Shown: piece after piece, positions 33,301-44,300 of the stretch
Layout of the letters: the number at the start of each line of letters is the position of its first letter
Numbering within the stretch: position 1 is the first letter of the stretch
Origin: Gracilinanus agilis
Lineage: Eukaryota
Assembly (NCBI RefSeq): GCF_016433145.1
Contig: NC_058130.1
Span: forward strand, 143,506,426-143,570,425
Length of the DNA: 64,000 bases
Direction: 5' to 3'
The notes under the pieces: generated by a model
What the model was told of the DNA's origin: nothing
The model's database searches: none
What the model saw: only the letters and a program-made list of their open reading frames with translations
Made by a program: the position numbers and the translations under genes

Positions 33301-34992
33301 TCATCTGTATTCCTTGAGTACCTATAAGGTTTAGGAGGTTCTGCTGCTGGTTGCTTGGCCTCTCGAGCCCGACGCTGGGGGTCAAAGGAGCTACCATCAA
33401 CATAAGAGTCACTGATACCAAAGGCGGCTCGGAGCCGCTCATTCTTCTTCTCATTTAACTCTGCCAGCTGGTGAGTCTCAGTTACTCTGCAGAGAAAGAG
33501 AATCAGGGTCAAAGGTTGGACTGAAGCAAAGTTAGGATTGGGAGACTAGGAAGGTTGGGAACAAAGGGCAAAGAACCAAAAAGCACAACAATATATACAA
33601 AGAGGACCTAGAAAAAAGACAAGACATGGTAATATAACAGCTATAATGAGAAGAGAAAGAACAAGGCACTCACACGATACATGCAAAGGGTAGAACCATA
33701 GGTAGGTGTTGAATAGGTACAGGAAGCAGGACCAGTAGGAGACACTGGAAGGATAGAGTGGAGTACAAGAAAGGCCAAGTTTGGGGGTAGAGACAAAAAC
33801 AGGCAAATGGCTGAAAAAGGTTATGAGCGAGACAAAACACTCACACAGGTCTCTGCCCTGGGGTCTCTTCTTTGCCCCCAGGATTCACATCCTTCTCCAG
33901 CAACATGAGTCGGAAGGTTGCCACTTTCTCTTGGATCTGTTGTTCCTCGTACCTGCAGCACAAACTCCCCTGATTAGGAGTTGAGGAGCATCCTTCCTTG
34001 GTCCTATACCATATCCCCTTTGTCGAGTTCCCCTCATACACACACCCTTTTCTCACCATACACACAACCTTTCACTCTGATACCACCTAAAGGACCCTAC
34101 TACTCCCTAATCCTTTCCCTTCTGTAATGTTCCATCTAACTATATTCTCCCTCTAAATTTCTTAATCTGTATATGCCCCACTCCTTGACACCTACATTTT
34201 CCATTCACCACCCAGATCCAAATTCTTATCTATTCTGTCCCTCTTCACTTCACACTCCTGTTCTGTCAAGTGTTCCATTTAGCCCCAGTTCCCTTGGCTT
34301 TATTTGCCCAGGATCTCGCCTGCCCTTGTAGCTATCCTGAGATTTGTTCCAACTCTTACCCCTATCCCTAACCACCTTCCTACACTGCCTTATTTGAAGC
34401 CAACACCTGCCTATCCTTCCCTGCTATATATGTGGTCCCCTAAAGCCCTTTGCCTCCCATAAACTCTTCCTAATAATCAATTCAAAAATTTCTGAGTTCC
34501 CCTTCTATTATCTTCCTTCTGCTCCCAATATTCCATAATACCACAACTATTCAAACATCTCCCCAACAACCCCAAACTTGTTACTTAACTCTTCCCAGTT
34601 CCTTCTCTTTGCTACTTATTTCCCCCCCATTCCTTTTTACATCCTTTTCAACCAACCCTCAGCCTCCTGTATTTGACTTCAATCTCACTCCCAGCTCCCT
34701 CCTGCTCTTCAATCACTCAGCCTTCAGCTCTCCCCCAGCCCTCCCCTCACCCCTGCTCTTCCATCATCTCTTCCAGCTCGAGGCATCGCAGCTCGACGCG
34801 CCGCTTGCGCTCGTGGTCCAGGATGTCAGGGTTAGGCCGCTTCACCAGGGCAGCCTCCAGGCGCCGCAGTTCTTCCTCGCCCTTGTAGTCAGGCCGCTCA
34901 CCCCTCCGACCCCGCACCAGGGACAGGTTGCGCTGGACGTAGCCGTTGGTGCCGCTGCCCCGGGGCGTCGGCAGCCCGATCCCGTTGTACAT
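21387..34992 (-). CDS. SRRM2: Serine/arginine repetitive matrix protein 2 (SRm300), 14 coding exons, 8517 nt including a 129-N gap, about 2838 aa
   Basis: N-terminal cwf21 region MYNGIGLPTPRGSGTNGYVQRNLS...; RS/SP repeat IDR; C-terminus ...RHRSSRSP*. All junctions GT-AG with consistent phases. Confidence 0.97.
21731..21841 (-). CDS. SRRM2: SRRM2 exon 14
   Basis: SSERGSRRGPRGDSRSPGHKRRRETPSPRPVRHRSS; CAGTAGCAG acceptor; AG|gtatg. Confidence 0.92.
21993..22106 (-). CDS. SRRM2: SRRM2 exon 13
   Basis: SRSPRKPIDSLRDSRSLSYSPAERRCPSPQPSPRDQH; ttag| and AG|gtagg. Confidence 0.92.
22353..22643 (-). CDS. SRRM2: SRRM2 exon 12 (poly-Ser tract hidden in N gap 22411-22539)
   Basis: VPSPSPAPKEAVREGRPLEPTPAKRKRRSSSSS[N]GPQALPKPASPKKPSPGERR; frame preserved across the gap. 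Confidence 0.9.
23559..30499 (-). CDS. SRRM2: SRRM2 exon 11 (6941-nt giant exon encoding the RS/SP IDR)
   Basis: cccag|AAATCTGCA (KSATRTSPSPERS...), in frame with track ORF 23555-30361; ends EVALK AG|gtgaga. Confidence 0.96.
30502..30582. repeat. 42-bp-period tandem duplication at the SRRM2 exon 11 acceptor
   Basis: gggattagaagaaaaagtagggaatgcataaacaccaaa at 30502-30540 and 30544-30582. Confidence 0.92.
30924..31140 (-). CDS. SRRM2: SRRM2 exon 10
   Basis: SRSAAAKPRTTTLTQRSSSP...EDKDKEKEKDKRE; catag| and GAG|gtgagt. Confidence 0.92.
31834..31926 (-). CDS. SRRM2: SRRM2 exon 9
   Basis: SRSISPAPKSRRGHRSTSADSASSSDTSRS; ttttag| and CG|gtaag. Confidence 0.92.
32117..32167 (-). CDS. SRRM2: SRRM2 exon 8
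   Basis: SPTPKSKRKSKDKKRK; tttcag| and AG|gtgag. Confidence 0.92.
32380..32412 (-). CDS. SRRM2: SRRM2 exon 7 (33-nt micro-exon)
   Basis: SESESKKRKH; aaag| and AG|gtaag. Confidence 0.88.
32496..32558 (-). CDS. SRRM2: SRRM2 exon 6
   Basis: RSESSSPRRERKKSSKKKKH; tandem TAGCAG acceptor; donor AG|gtatg. Confidence 0.9.
33038..33115 (-). CDS. SRRM2: SRRM2 exon 5
   Basis: LVRESSSSRSPTPKQKKKKKKKDRG; tag| and |gtgagt. Confidence 0.92.
33322..33486 (-). CDS. SRRM2: SRRM2 exon 4
   Basis: VTETHQLAELNEKKNERLRAAFGISDSYVDGSSFDPQRRARE...KPY. Confidence 0.94.
33845..33952 (-). CDS. SRRM2: SRRM2 exon 3
   Basis: YEEQQIQEKVATFRLMLLEKDVNPGGKEETPGQRP; cag|G and GT|gtgagt. Confidence 0.94.
34751..34992 (-). 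CDS. SRRM2: SRRM2 exon 2 coding part (exon begins at 35021)
   Basis: gccATG at 34992; MYNG...EEMMEEQG; donor GG|gtgag. Confidence 0.96.
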
Positions 34993-37900
34993 GGCCCCGT
35001 GCCCAGGGGGCACCACCGCTCCTGAAGGTGAGCGGGGGAAACATGGGTCAGGCTCCTGATCCCATGCTAATCACCACCCAAACCAAGTCCCTGTTCTTCA
35101 CCCCTATTAATTCTTTCTCTATAATATCCATACAAGAACCTCACCACTTGCAGTACTTCTATACTTATCATTTGGATTTTTTTCTAGCACAGCCTTTCCT
35201 TTGCCCTTTTTACAGTATCTCTAGTCCTCAAATTTCCACCCTACTAAGACACCCTTCCCTCCCCCCCAAATCCTCCTATTCTCTTATATTCTCAATGGGC
35301 CTGATCCCTTTCAGACCACAAATTTCTGTCCAATTCCTCCACAAGCCAACAGCGACTCAGATTCTACTAACCTTATCAAATTCTTGTGGCTGCCTCTGGC
35401 CTCAGGACCCACAACTAGCACTAACTCTAAACCTTTGGTAGCTGACAAGTGGCCTCCAGAAGAGGGCACCACATACATCAGGCATAAATTTTAAAGGCAC
35501 AAAACTTCCCACCCCAAGTCACCAAAAACCCTTCAAAAATGTAAGCTGAGATCAGAACAGGAATTCACAGCAGCATCAGGTCATCTAAGAGGCTCATGAT
35601 TCTATAAGATCAAGTAGACTAAACCATTACTGGGATAAACTGAAATGCTCTGTGTAGTCCCAGATGAAAACTAGAGGCTAATACATGTATGAAATATAGC
35701 CTTGGAATAGGAACTGCTTTCAGAGAACATCACCCTCTTACCACCCATTATTTTCACAATCCTAGTCTTATATTGCCTCCCAGTATAAGATGATCATATT
35801 CCTGAACCCAAATATTTCCAATTTCTTACTTATCCTCCTAACTTTCTTCACATGGAATCCTATGACTTAGAAAAACATTTTTTCCAAAGTATCAATTACC
35901 TTAATTTCTCTATCTTTTCAACATTCCTCTCTCATCCCTTCCAATCAACATGTCCCTTTTCTCTATGTTCCTTCCCTTCAAGTAACCCCAGTTTTTTCAG
36001 TCCCTCACTTCCAAGAATATTTTATTTCTAAATCACCTATTCAAAACATTGTCCCCTACATCTTACTTCTCTCAGACTTCTGACCTATCATACTGTTCTT
36101 TCCCTGGCATGACCTCCCCCTACCACATTTCCCCATCTACAATTGTCATCTAGCCCTCTTAAAATTGCTTTCCTGTACACTCTGTTCCTTTCTCCCACTT
36201 TTTCAAAATGTCCTAAAGAGGGAAAGGATCACAAAAAAGAGATCCTAAGTAGAAAGCCGGGGTATAGTCCCAAAAAGAGAGAGAAAAGAATGAGAAGATC
36301 AAGGTAGAAACAAGAAAATTAAATAAGTAGAACTGTAGATAATGTATACCAGAAGTAAGGCCTGGGAAAAGCTAGAAAATAAAGGATACAATGTATGAAA
36401 GAAATTCCAAAGAGGGGAGGATCTTATCTAAGAACTCTACTAGCTCTAAAAAAAGGGCAAACTACAAAAGCCTGGGTTTTTCTTGAGCCCCAAAGGCCTT
36501 AAGGAAAAGGATAAAGAATAAAGAAGGATGATAAAACCAGAGCAAAGAAAAAAGGAGGGGCAAGCAAGGGGCAAAATCTAGGTAAGTGAAAGCAGGAGAA
36601 AAGAAAACAACCTTAAGTGAAAGATTTCCCTAATAATCCAGAATCCCACTCTGTCATCCTCTCATGTTTCTCCTCACTCCTCAAAATCCCAAATCCTCTT
36701 TTACCCTTTTGCTCTAATTTCCACTTCCCTTTCAAGGTCCTCGAATTTTGTTCTCAAATTGTTCAACCTGTTCACTCACCCACACTTCCATACCACTTCA
36801 CCCAAACTCCCTTCCACTCCCCTAAAGAAAAACCAAGTAACTTCGTTTCAGGAAATAGGAGATTCATTGGGAAAGGGAGCACTGTAATAAAGAATCTCTT
36901 GGGGGGGGGGGGAGGGCAGTATTCAAAACAATATTCAGAATGGGGTAGGAGAGTTAAAAAAAAAAAAAAAGTAAAAGGAGAAAAGGAGAGAAAGGGACAT
37001 ACAGAGAACATTGTTATGAATCTTAAAGGCTTTACAACTTGCGGAGGACCTTTATGGAAAATAGTAGGAAAGAGTCACTTATAGGGTATCTCTCAAAGGA
37101 ACTACAGTAAAAAGTAGTAATGCAAGATAACAATAAAAGACTAAGGAAAATTGAATCTACAAGTAAAGGACTAACAGGGGGAAATGGAGGTTACCAAATA
37201 TATGGGGAGGGCCTGGAAAAAGGACATATTAGATTATGATTAGAGCTAAAGAAAACCTGTTAAAAGTCAGAAAAAGTTATATTTGTCTGATTAAATCAGC
37301 AATGTGGAATAAAAGGGTACTAGATGATCATAACAGAGTAACTCAGGGGAATAGCTATTCATGTAATAGAGAATCTACATAGAATCATGTTAGAGCAGAA
37401 GACCTTAAGAGTTCATCTAATCCACCCACTCATTTTAATCGACAGGGAAAGAGACAGAAAGAAGTGACTTGCCCAAGGTCACACAATTGGTAATAGGAAC
37501 TCAAGTTTCCCAACTCCTCATTCTGTGTTCTCCCTCCTCATTCCTTTTCTCAGGGAGACACTGATTCAAGGGGACATTAGATATTGAGTTCCTGGAAGAC
37601 AGGGACTGTCTCTTAACTACTTTTGTAACCCCATGGCTTAGCACAGTGTCTGGCAAACAGAAGCCAATTTAAAGTAAAAAAGAGAAAATAAATGTAATCT
37701 ACACAAGAAAATATACAGAATACATGTTTTTCTTTCTCCTTTTCAGCATTTATAGCAGTTTAAGGCAGAGGCTTTCCAGTTCAAATTTGTTTAAAGCTTT
37801 GGAGCACAGCCTCCAAAGACCACTAATACACATTTTTGGCAATTACGTGGGTAAAGGGGGGAAATCCTCTAAGATGGCAGAGGAAGAGATAAGCAGTTTG

Positions 37901-38329
37901 GAAAATATTGGGTAAAAGAATGAGAAGATTGGAGACCAAAAAAACCCATAATAGGTGGAAAGGGGAGCAGCAAGCGGCTGATGTAGGAACTGGATAGAAA
38001 AGGCTGAGAGTTAAGAGGAACCCTCAGAAAGGGAAGATGAGCGAGTGGGTAGAGTAAAAGCCCGGGGGAGGGGGGGGAGGTTTGGGGGGAAGGCCTAAGG
38101 GGGAGTCGAAAGGATTATAATTAATGGAGGACGAAGGAGCTGAATAGGAAAAATAAGCAGAGAAGGGAGCGTCAAGGTTGGCCTACTATAGAGTACCCGG
38201 TTCCCCCACCGGAAGGTACAGGGGAACAGGATTTTGTTCCTTTTGGAAGGGAAGGGTTTGGCCACAGGTCGTCACAGGCATACAGTTCTCCAGTTCTCCA
38301 CAACTGGCACGTGGAACGGGATGGGGGGG

Positions 38330-39450
38330 GGTTAGTTACAGAAGCGCGCACCCTTCTCTCGAGTCTCAGTCACCCCCCCCACCACATCCCCTCCCCCGCG
38401 CGCGCGCGAGACCGCGTTCGGTTGGCGACGCGCGCCGCAGCCGAAGGGGAAGGGGAGGGGGAGGGGAGAAGTGGGAAGGGGGGGAAGGAGTACCCGCGCC
38501 AGGGTCGACTGCGAGGGAAGGGGGACGGAGAGAGAAGGGTATTAAGAGTAGGGAACGAATAAGAGCGAGCGCGAGCCACCGAGGGCGCGTGCGCGTGAGG
38601 CCTGGTCGGTTCTCCGCGCGCCTGGCCTCGCGCCGGGGCCACCGCGCGGCCGCCCCTCCCCCCACCGCCCGGCTCTCTCTCACCCGCTCACCCGCCGCCG
38701 CCGACTCCTCCTCCGCCTCCGCCCGCCGGGTCGGGTCGGGGAGGGGGGGTGGTTTCTGCGACTGCTTTTCGGGGTCCTGAGTCCTCCGGGACCTGGAGTC
38801 GCTACCTCGCCTTGCCTCCTCTTCTGCCTTGCCACAGCCGCCGCCGCCTCCTCGCTTCCTCGGGGGCCGCAGCGGGCTCCGACTGCGCCACTCGCACCCC
38901 GCCTGGGCCGCGCCGCACGTCAGCACGACTAACAGAGGACGTCAGCACGCACGCACGTCGCAGGGGTCGTCGGGAAGCGTAGTGTCGGAGGCGCTCTTTC
39001 CACGCTCTTTACACTGGTTCTCCGCGCAGTCGCAAGCCGCCAACCTTTTTCCTTTATTTACCCCTCATACACCTCAACCCCCGCAAACTTTTGCATCGCT
39101 ATGCCTTCAGGGAAGTGTAGTCCCGAGAGCAAGTACGTCTGCTTAATACGACTAGAAACTCACTGCGACTCCCGTCGTGCACCACGGGTAGGGGAGAGTA
39201 AGGAAAGCAGCGGAAATGTATTCTGGAGGCTGGCCACTGGGGGGAAAGGGAGTATTGTCTTAACGCCACATCAATAAGATGCCCATAAGGCATTGAGAGG
39301 GCCTAAACCACAATTCCTTTAGCCCCGGGGGAATTCTGGGAGTCGTAGTTTCAGAAGGGAGAGGATTGATGTATTAACATCACCCCCAGGGGCAGGGGTC
39401 TGGGGGGATGGGTTTGCCATTTTGTCTTTCGCCATCTTGAGAGGCGATGA
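38330..39450. promoter_or_regulatory. SRRM2 CpG island / promoter
   Basis: Very CpG-rich; paired ACGTCAGCACG (CRE-like), ZNF143-like motifs at 39110-39121 and 39337-39350, YY1-like motifs at 39416-39439. Confidence 0.85.
38692..38911 (-). other. SRRM2: SRRM2 non-coding exon 1 (5' UTR); 5' end approximate
   Basis: Minus strand GCGGCCCAGGCGGGGTGCGAGTGGCGCAGTCGGAGCCCG... matches the recalled human mRNA 5' end; donor CGG|gtgagc at 38691. Confidence 0.75.
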
Positions 39451-41171
39451 CCTGACCTTCATTGGCCCTTACCCATAATTCATTTGTAATGAAGTGTTTA
39501 TTAGAATGGTCTAGAAACATATCCAGGGTGTACTTGATGAAAATAATGGAGAACAGACAGGTTTAAAACATGATTTTCTCTAGCAGGCCATATGATTAGG
39601 GAAATGTCCTACTGGCCCCTAGAGCTTAGACAATTACAGCCCCTAACAGCTCACCCCTAATAGTTACCAGTATATTATTCAGGCAACTTAGTACAATACA
39701 AACACGCTCAATTTAACACACATTTATTGTGTGACTTTGAGAGTCACTTATAGCTTTAGCCTCCATTTTCTAACATAAAATGAAATTATCTTTAGACTTC
39801 CACAAAAGTCCTATTTTATATCAAACATCACCCTGGGTTCTCAATATCACAAAGAACGCAGTCTGACATATACCAATAAGGTACAAAAGCTTTTGAGTAA
39901 AGTGTATGTGAGTGTTATCTTAAGAACAGCCTTGATACCTTAATAGATGCTTATCACCTACAAGTTGATAAATTTTTGCCCATAGGAACTCTGGAAAGCT
40001 ATCCCTTGTATTTATGAGGGTTTATGAGCTACTTCAATGGAATGACTGTCCATACAAAATTATGGATCCTTGATATTCATCAATCAGATATTAAACATCT
40101 ACTACATGCATCAAAGGACCATTGAGAGAAATCTTAGAGTGATACAAAAATGTGAGTGGTTATTTCACACAAAAGAAAAACATGAAGTACTATAAGTACA
40201 TTGGGATCAATTTTTTAAAGATACCTCAAAGAGAGGGAAAAAATGTAAAAGACATGGGATGGTATCATTAGCAGAAAAGATAATAAAGAAACAGCAATTA
40301 TTCAACAGACATTTTTTAGGTACCTACTATGTACATGGTAGTATGCTAGGTGCTGATGATACAAGGACAAAAATGAAATTATTTTCCTATCTCGAAAATT
40401 TTTATGAAATTTATATATTTTTGGAGAGTGTTCTCAATTAAAGAGGAAAAAGAAAAAGAAACTTAAACAATTTTATACAGTAGATTTCATCTTTACAGTC
40501 ACATAATTGACTAAAAGGTCCAAAGAATACAAGATTCTACTTTGTCTATTGTTGATCCAAAAAAGCATTAGATTCCACTTTTGTCTAACAAGGAATACCC
40601 ATTGCTCATATTAAGGTCATATAAGATTTAGGGGCAGCTAGAAGGCTCAAGTGTATAGAGAACCAGGCCTGGAGACATGAGGCTCTGGGTTAAAATTTGG
40701 CCTCAAACACTTTCCACCAGTATGACCCTGGCCAAGTCACTTGATTCAAATTGCCTAGCCCTGACGCAAAGTTATTAAATGGCAGAGCAAGGTTTCAAAT
40801 TCAGGTTCTCTAACTGCAAATCCAACAGCCATTCCATGCACTATGTTATCACACTATAGAAGACTGAAATGGTAGTGTCACCAGATTGTGGAGGACCTTG
40901 AATGATGACAAATGAGTTTGAATCTTGCTCATAATCAATAGAGAACTTCTGAAAATTCATTTTTGTAGTGTTTCTATGTTTATAGTACACTTTCCTCACA
41001 AAAATTCCTGAGTTAATTGATATATGTATGATTATCCTCATTTTATGAGGAAACTGAGACTCAAAGGATTAAAATGACTTAAAAATTCACATAGCTAGTA
41101 AGTAGCCAGTCATTTTCCTGGACTATGGGGTCCTTGAAACCAAAAATTGTGTCCTAAATTTATCTCTTGAG

Positions 41172-41390
41172 GGCAGCTGGGTGGTTCAGTGGATTGAGAG
41201 TCAGGCCTAGATATGGGAGGGCCTGGGTTCAAATTCGACCTCAGCCATTTCCTAGCTGTGTGACCCTGAGCAAGTCACTTAACCTCCCATTGCCTAGCCC
41301 TTAGCACTCTTTTCTGCCTTGAAACCAATACGCAGTATTGATTCTAAGATGAAAACTAAGAGTTGTTTTTTTTTTTTAATAAAATAAATT
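41172..41390 (+). mobile_element. SINE1_Mdo-type SINE
   Basis: Near-consensus body; TSD-like aaatttatctc / aaattttatctc. Confidence 0.85.
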
Positions 41391-44300
41391 AAAATTTTAT
41401 CTCCCTGGAACTCCCTGAATCTAGTACACTACCCTCTTCGCTTCATGAAATCCTTTTCACACAAAGGATTTATCACAAAAGGCATACTTAGTAGGCAGCA
41501 TCATAATATTGTATCATTATAACCTTGGTAGTATCAATATTTAGGTTATAACTTCTTAAAATACTTCAAGAGTTGAGATCAGTATGGGGAGTCCCTTGAC
41601 CAACTCAATCAACAAACATTAAGTGCCTCCATCATCAGGAAATTCATCTTTCAAGATTTCTTCAGCCTTGCTACTCACATTTCATCAGTACTCTCTGCTC
41701 TTCTTATTGGAGGAGTGGAAGGCAGAGCAAATAACTTCCCAAAGTCTCTCCTTAAAGGAGGTTCCCAGACCAGCCATCTCTTCATTTCCAATTAGCTATA
41801 TTCATTAGGATGGAACTCTCTCATGTCCCCACACTTGGGTATCTTTCCCCTCATATACTTTCACACCCTCTTTTCAGCTTCCTTTTGTTCATTGTCTTCT
41901 TCCAATCAACTATAAATTTCTTCAGGACTGGGAATGCCTTTCCTTTTCTTTTGTACTTGTATCTCCAAAACATAAGTGCCTAATACATATTAGGCAGTTA
42001 ATAAATAAATATTTATTGACTGACTGGCCTGCCAAGTTCTAGGCCCTGACCTAGGTGATGAGGATACCAAAAAGAGACAGACAGACAGAGAAAGAAACAA
42101 TCCCTGTCTTCAAGATGTTTCCTTTGCAGGAAGCCTGGGGATAGAGAATTCACAAGACATGTTCAGATAGCTGTGAGTAAGACTAGCTAAACTGGAGGGT
42201 CCTAGGGAATGATCAAGCTGAAAAGGGTAAATGGAGTACTTTGCAAGAATTTAAGCTTTAGGTCATTGATACCTTCTGCCTCATCCCTCATACTAGTTTA
42301 TCACCCTTCTCTGAGCTACTCCTCAAATCACAAACTTTACAGGTAGGGTGTCCAGGGAGTCCATACTCCTAAAACTAGAGCTCCCCATCCTCTACCAGTG
42401 CAGTACCAGTCAGCCGATAGGTAGCTTTAGCTCAAAGGAAAAGAATTTCTTGAGACAGTATCAGAAGAATAATTGTAACAAAACACTCCCCATGATCCTG
42501 GGGCTCAGTCTTCCAGAACTACATGTAGTGGCAGGGGGAAGAGTGGATACTCACAAAGAATAATACCTCAATAGAGAGGCAAATGCATAAGGCACAACAT
42601 GGCCCAGGCAACTCGGATCTCCAGTACTACAGGGCTCTAGAGATGTTTCCCTTCTGGAGTGCTCATACTGTTCCCTTTGGATGTCACATCTCTTCTGTGC
42701 AAGTTATTCATTAAGCTAAGGCACCTTGGTCCCATTCCTCTGTGCAATTCAGCCTTCCACAACCAGGTCTTGCACAGCTCACACTCCTTGGGCCTACTCC
42801 CTGCTGGGTTCAGTGTTTCGTACAAGAATGTAATTCTGGTGCAAGTCACCATAGCCAGTAGGGATGGAGACAGTGAAAGAAATCCCCTCTGCTGGACTCA
42901 GGTGAGACACAATTTCCTCTGAAGAGCTATCTTTCTTCTATAGATGTCTCTCTTCTCTGTTGCCAGAGATTACACTCCTGATAGCTGTCTATGCCTCGAC
43001 TAAATCTCTTGAGAGATTATCTTACTTTTCAAAGGGCCACCAGGGGGCAATCCTTTGGCCAGTCAATAGCTAGCTGCCCTCTAATTCTATCCTATTTGAC
43101 TGAAGAACTCTACACCTCAAAAAAGGGTAACAAAACAAAGTGTAGACATTTCTTTGCCCTTTATTTAGGACAGAAACACCTTGTTGTCTCTGAATAATTT
43201 CATCAGCCAGTGTGGGGAAAGACAAATGTAAAAGACTAAAGGTCTTTTAATCAACTTTTCCCCCACTTTATCCACATTAGAATATCCTGTGGGACATTAG
43301 CCATCTTTGCAAACTTAGAGCTTGTAGGAAACTCTCTAAAAAAACTGTGCCATAATATATAATTCCATAACATAATGGAATGCCAACAATATATTGGCAT
43401 TATGTTGTTTTGTTGTATCCTACAGGGAGGTGGTCAAGAATTGGAAGTCTTTTGTTATCTTTAGTGAATTTATTAACAGGAAGTAACAACTTCCTGTTAA
43501 TGAATTAGTGGAAAAACATTAAGTATTTACTAAGTGCCAAATATTGTACTTAGGGCTAAGAACAGAAAAAGAAAATGGCATTCTCTCCACTCTCAAAGAA
43601 CTTGCTTCTAGTTGGAGGAGACAATAGTAGAGGAGAATTTAGTGGCAGGGAAGATGACAAGGTTTGACAGTCCAAAGGGTTTAGTGGCAGGATGGATATC
43701 AAGGCCCACAAGCCTTTAGGGGACATCAGGGTATATTAGCAATCATTTTATCAACCTCTGGATATCCTACAACCAGTCAAAATAACCATTTATCAGTCAG
43801 TTTCACAGAACCCCAGACTTTTGTGGTTTTATTACATCTTAACAATAGTATAATACCCTATAGGCGAGTATGAAATAAGTTTAAGGTATGTTCCCCTGTG
43901 TATGTATATATACACATTGAGAGGGAAGATAGTTTGACATATACGTTCAAACAAATGGAGATAATTTTCATTTTGGAAGTTTATAATGCTGGGCCTTTGC
44001 CACTAGATTTTGCTAAGTGGTGAACTCTATTTAACCCTGATAGACTAAAAAAAAAAAAGATCATCACCAAATATTTATTCTCTCATATGTAAAATGAAGA
44101 CATTGAGTTAGATAGTCTCTAAAATCTTTTCCAGCTCTAAATACATCATTCTAAGATAATAATAGCCAGCATTCGTATAGCTCTTTAAATTGTACAAAAC
44201 CATTTACATATCTTATTTCATTTGATCCTCACAACAACCTTGTAAGGTAAATACTATTATTAATTCCATTTTATAAATGGGGAAAGTAAGGCTGAGATAT

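Noticed and set aside
38178-39146. Several 80-200 aa ORFs on both strands
   Set aside because: By-product of the GC-rich, stop-poor CpG island; low-complexity translations.
42555-42910. Cys-containing ORFs (42637-42852 minus; 42659-42922 plus) with nearby splice-like sites
   Set aside because: No recognisable domain in any frame, several stops in alternative frames, and no consistent exon boundaries. A decayed pseudogene cannot be excluded without BLASTX.
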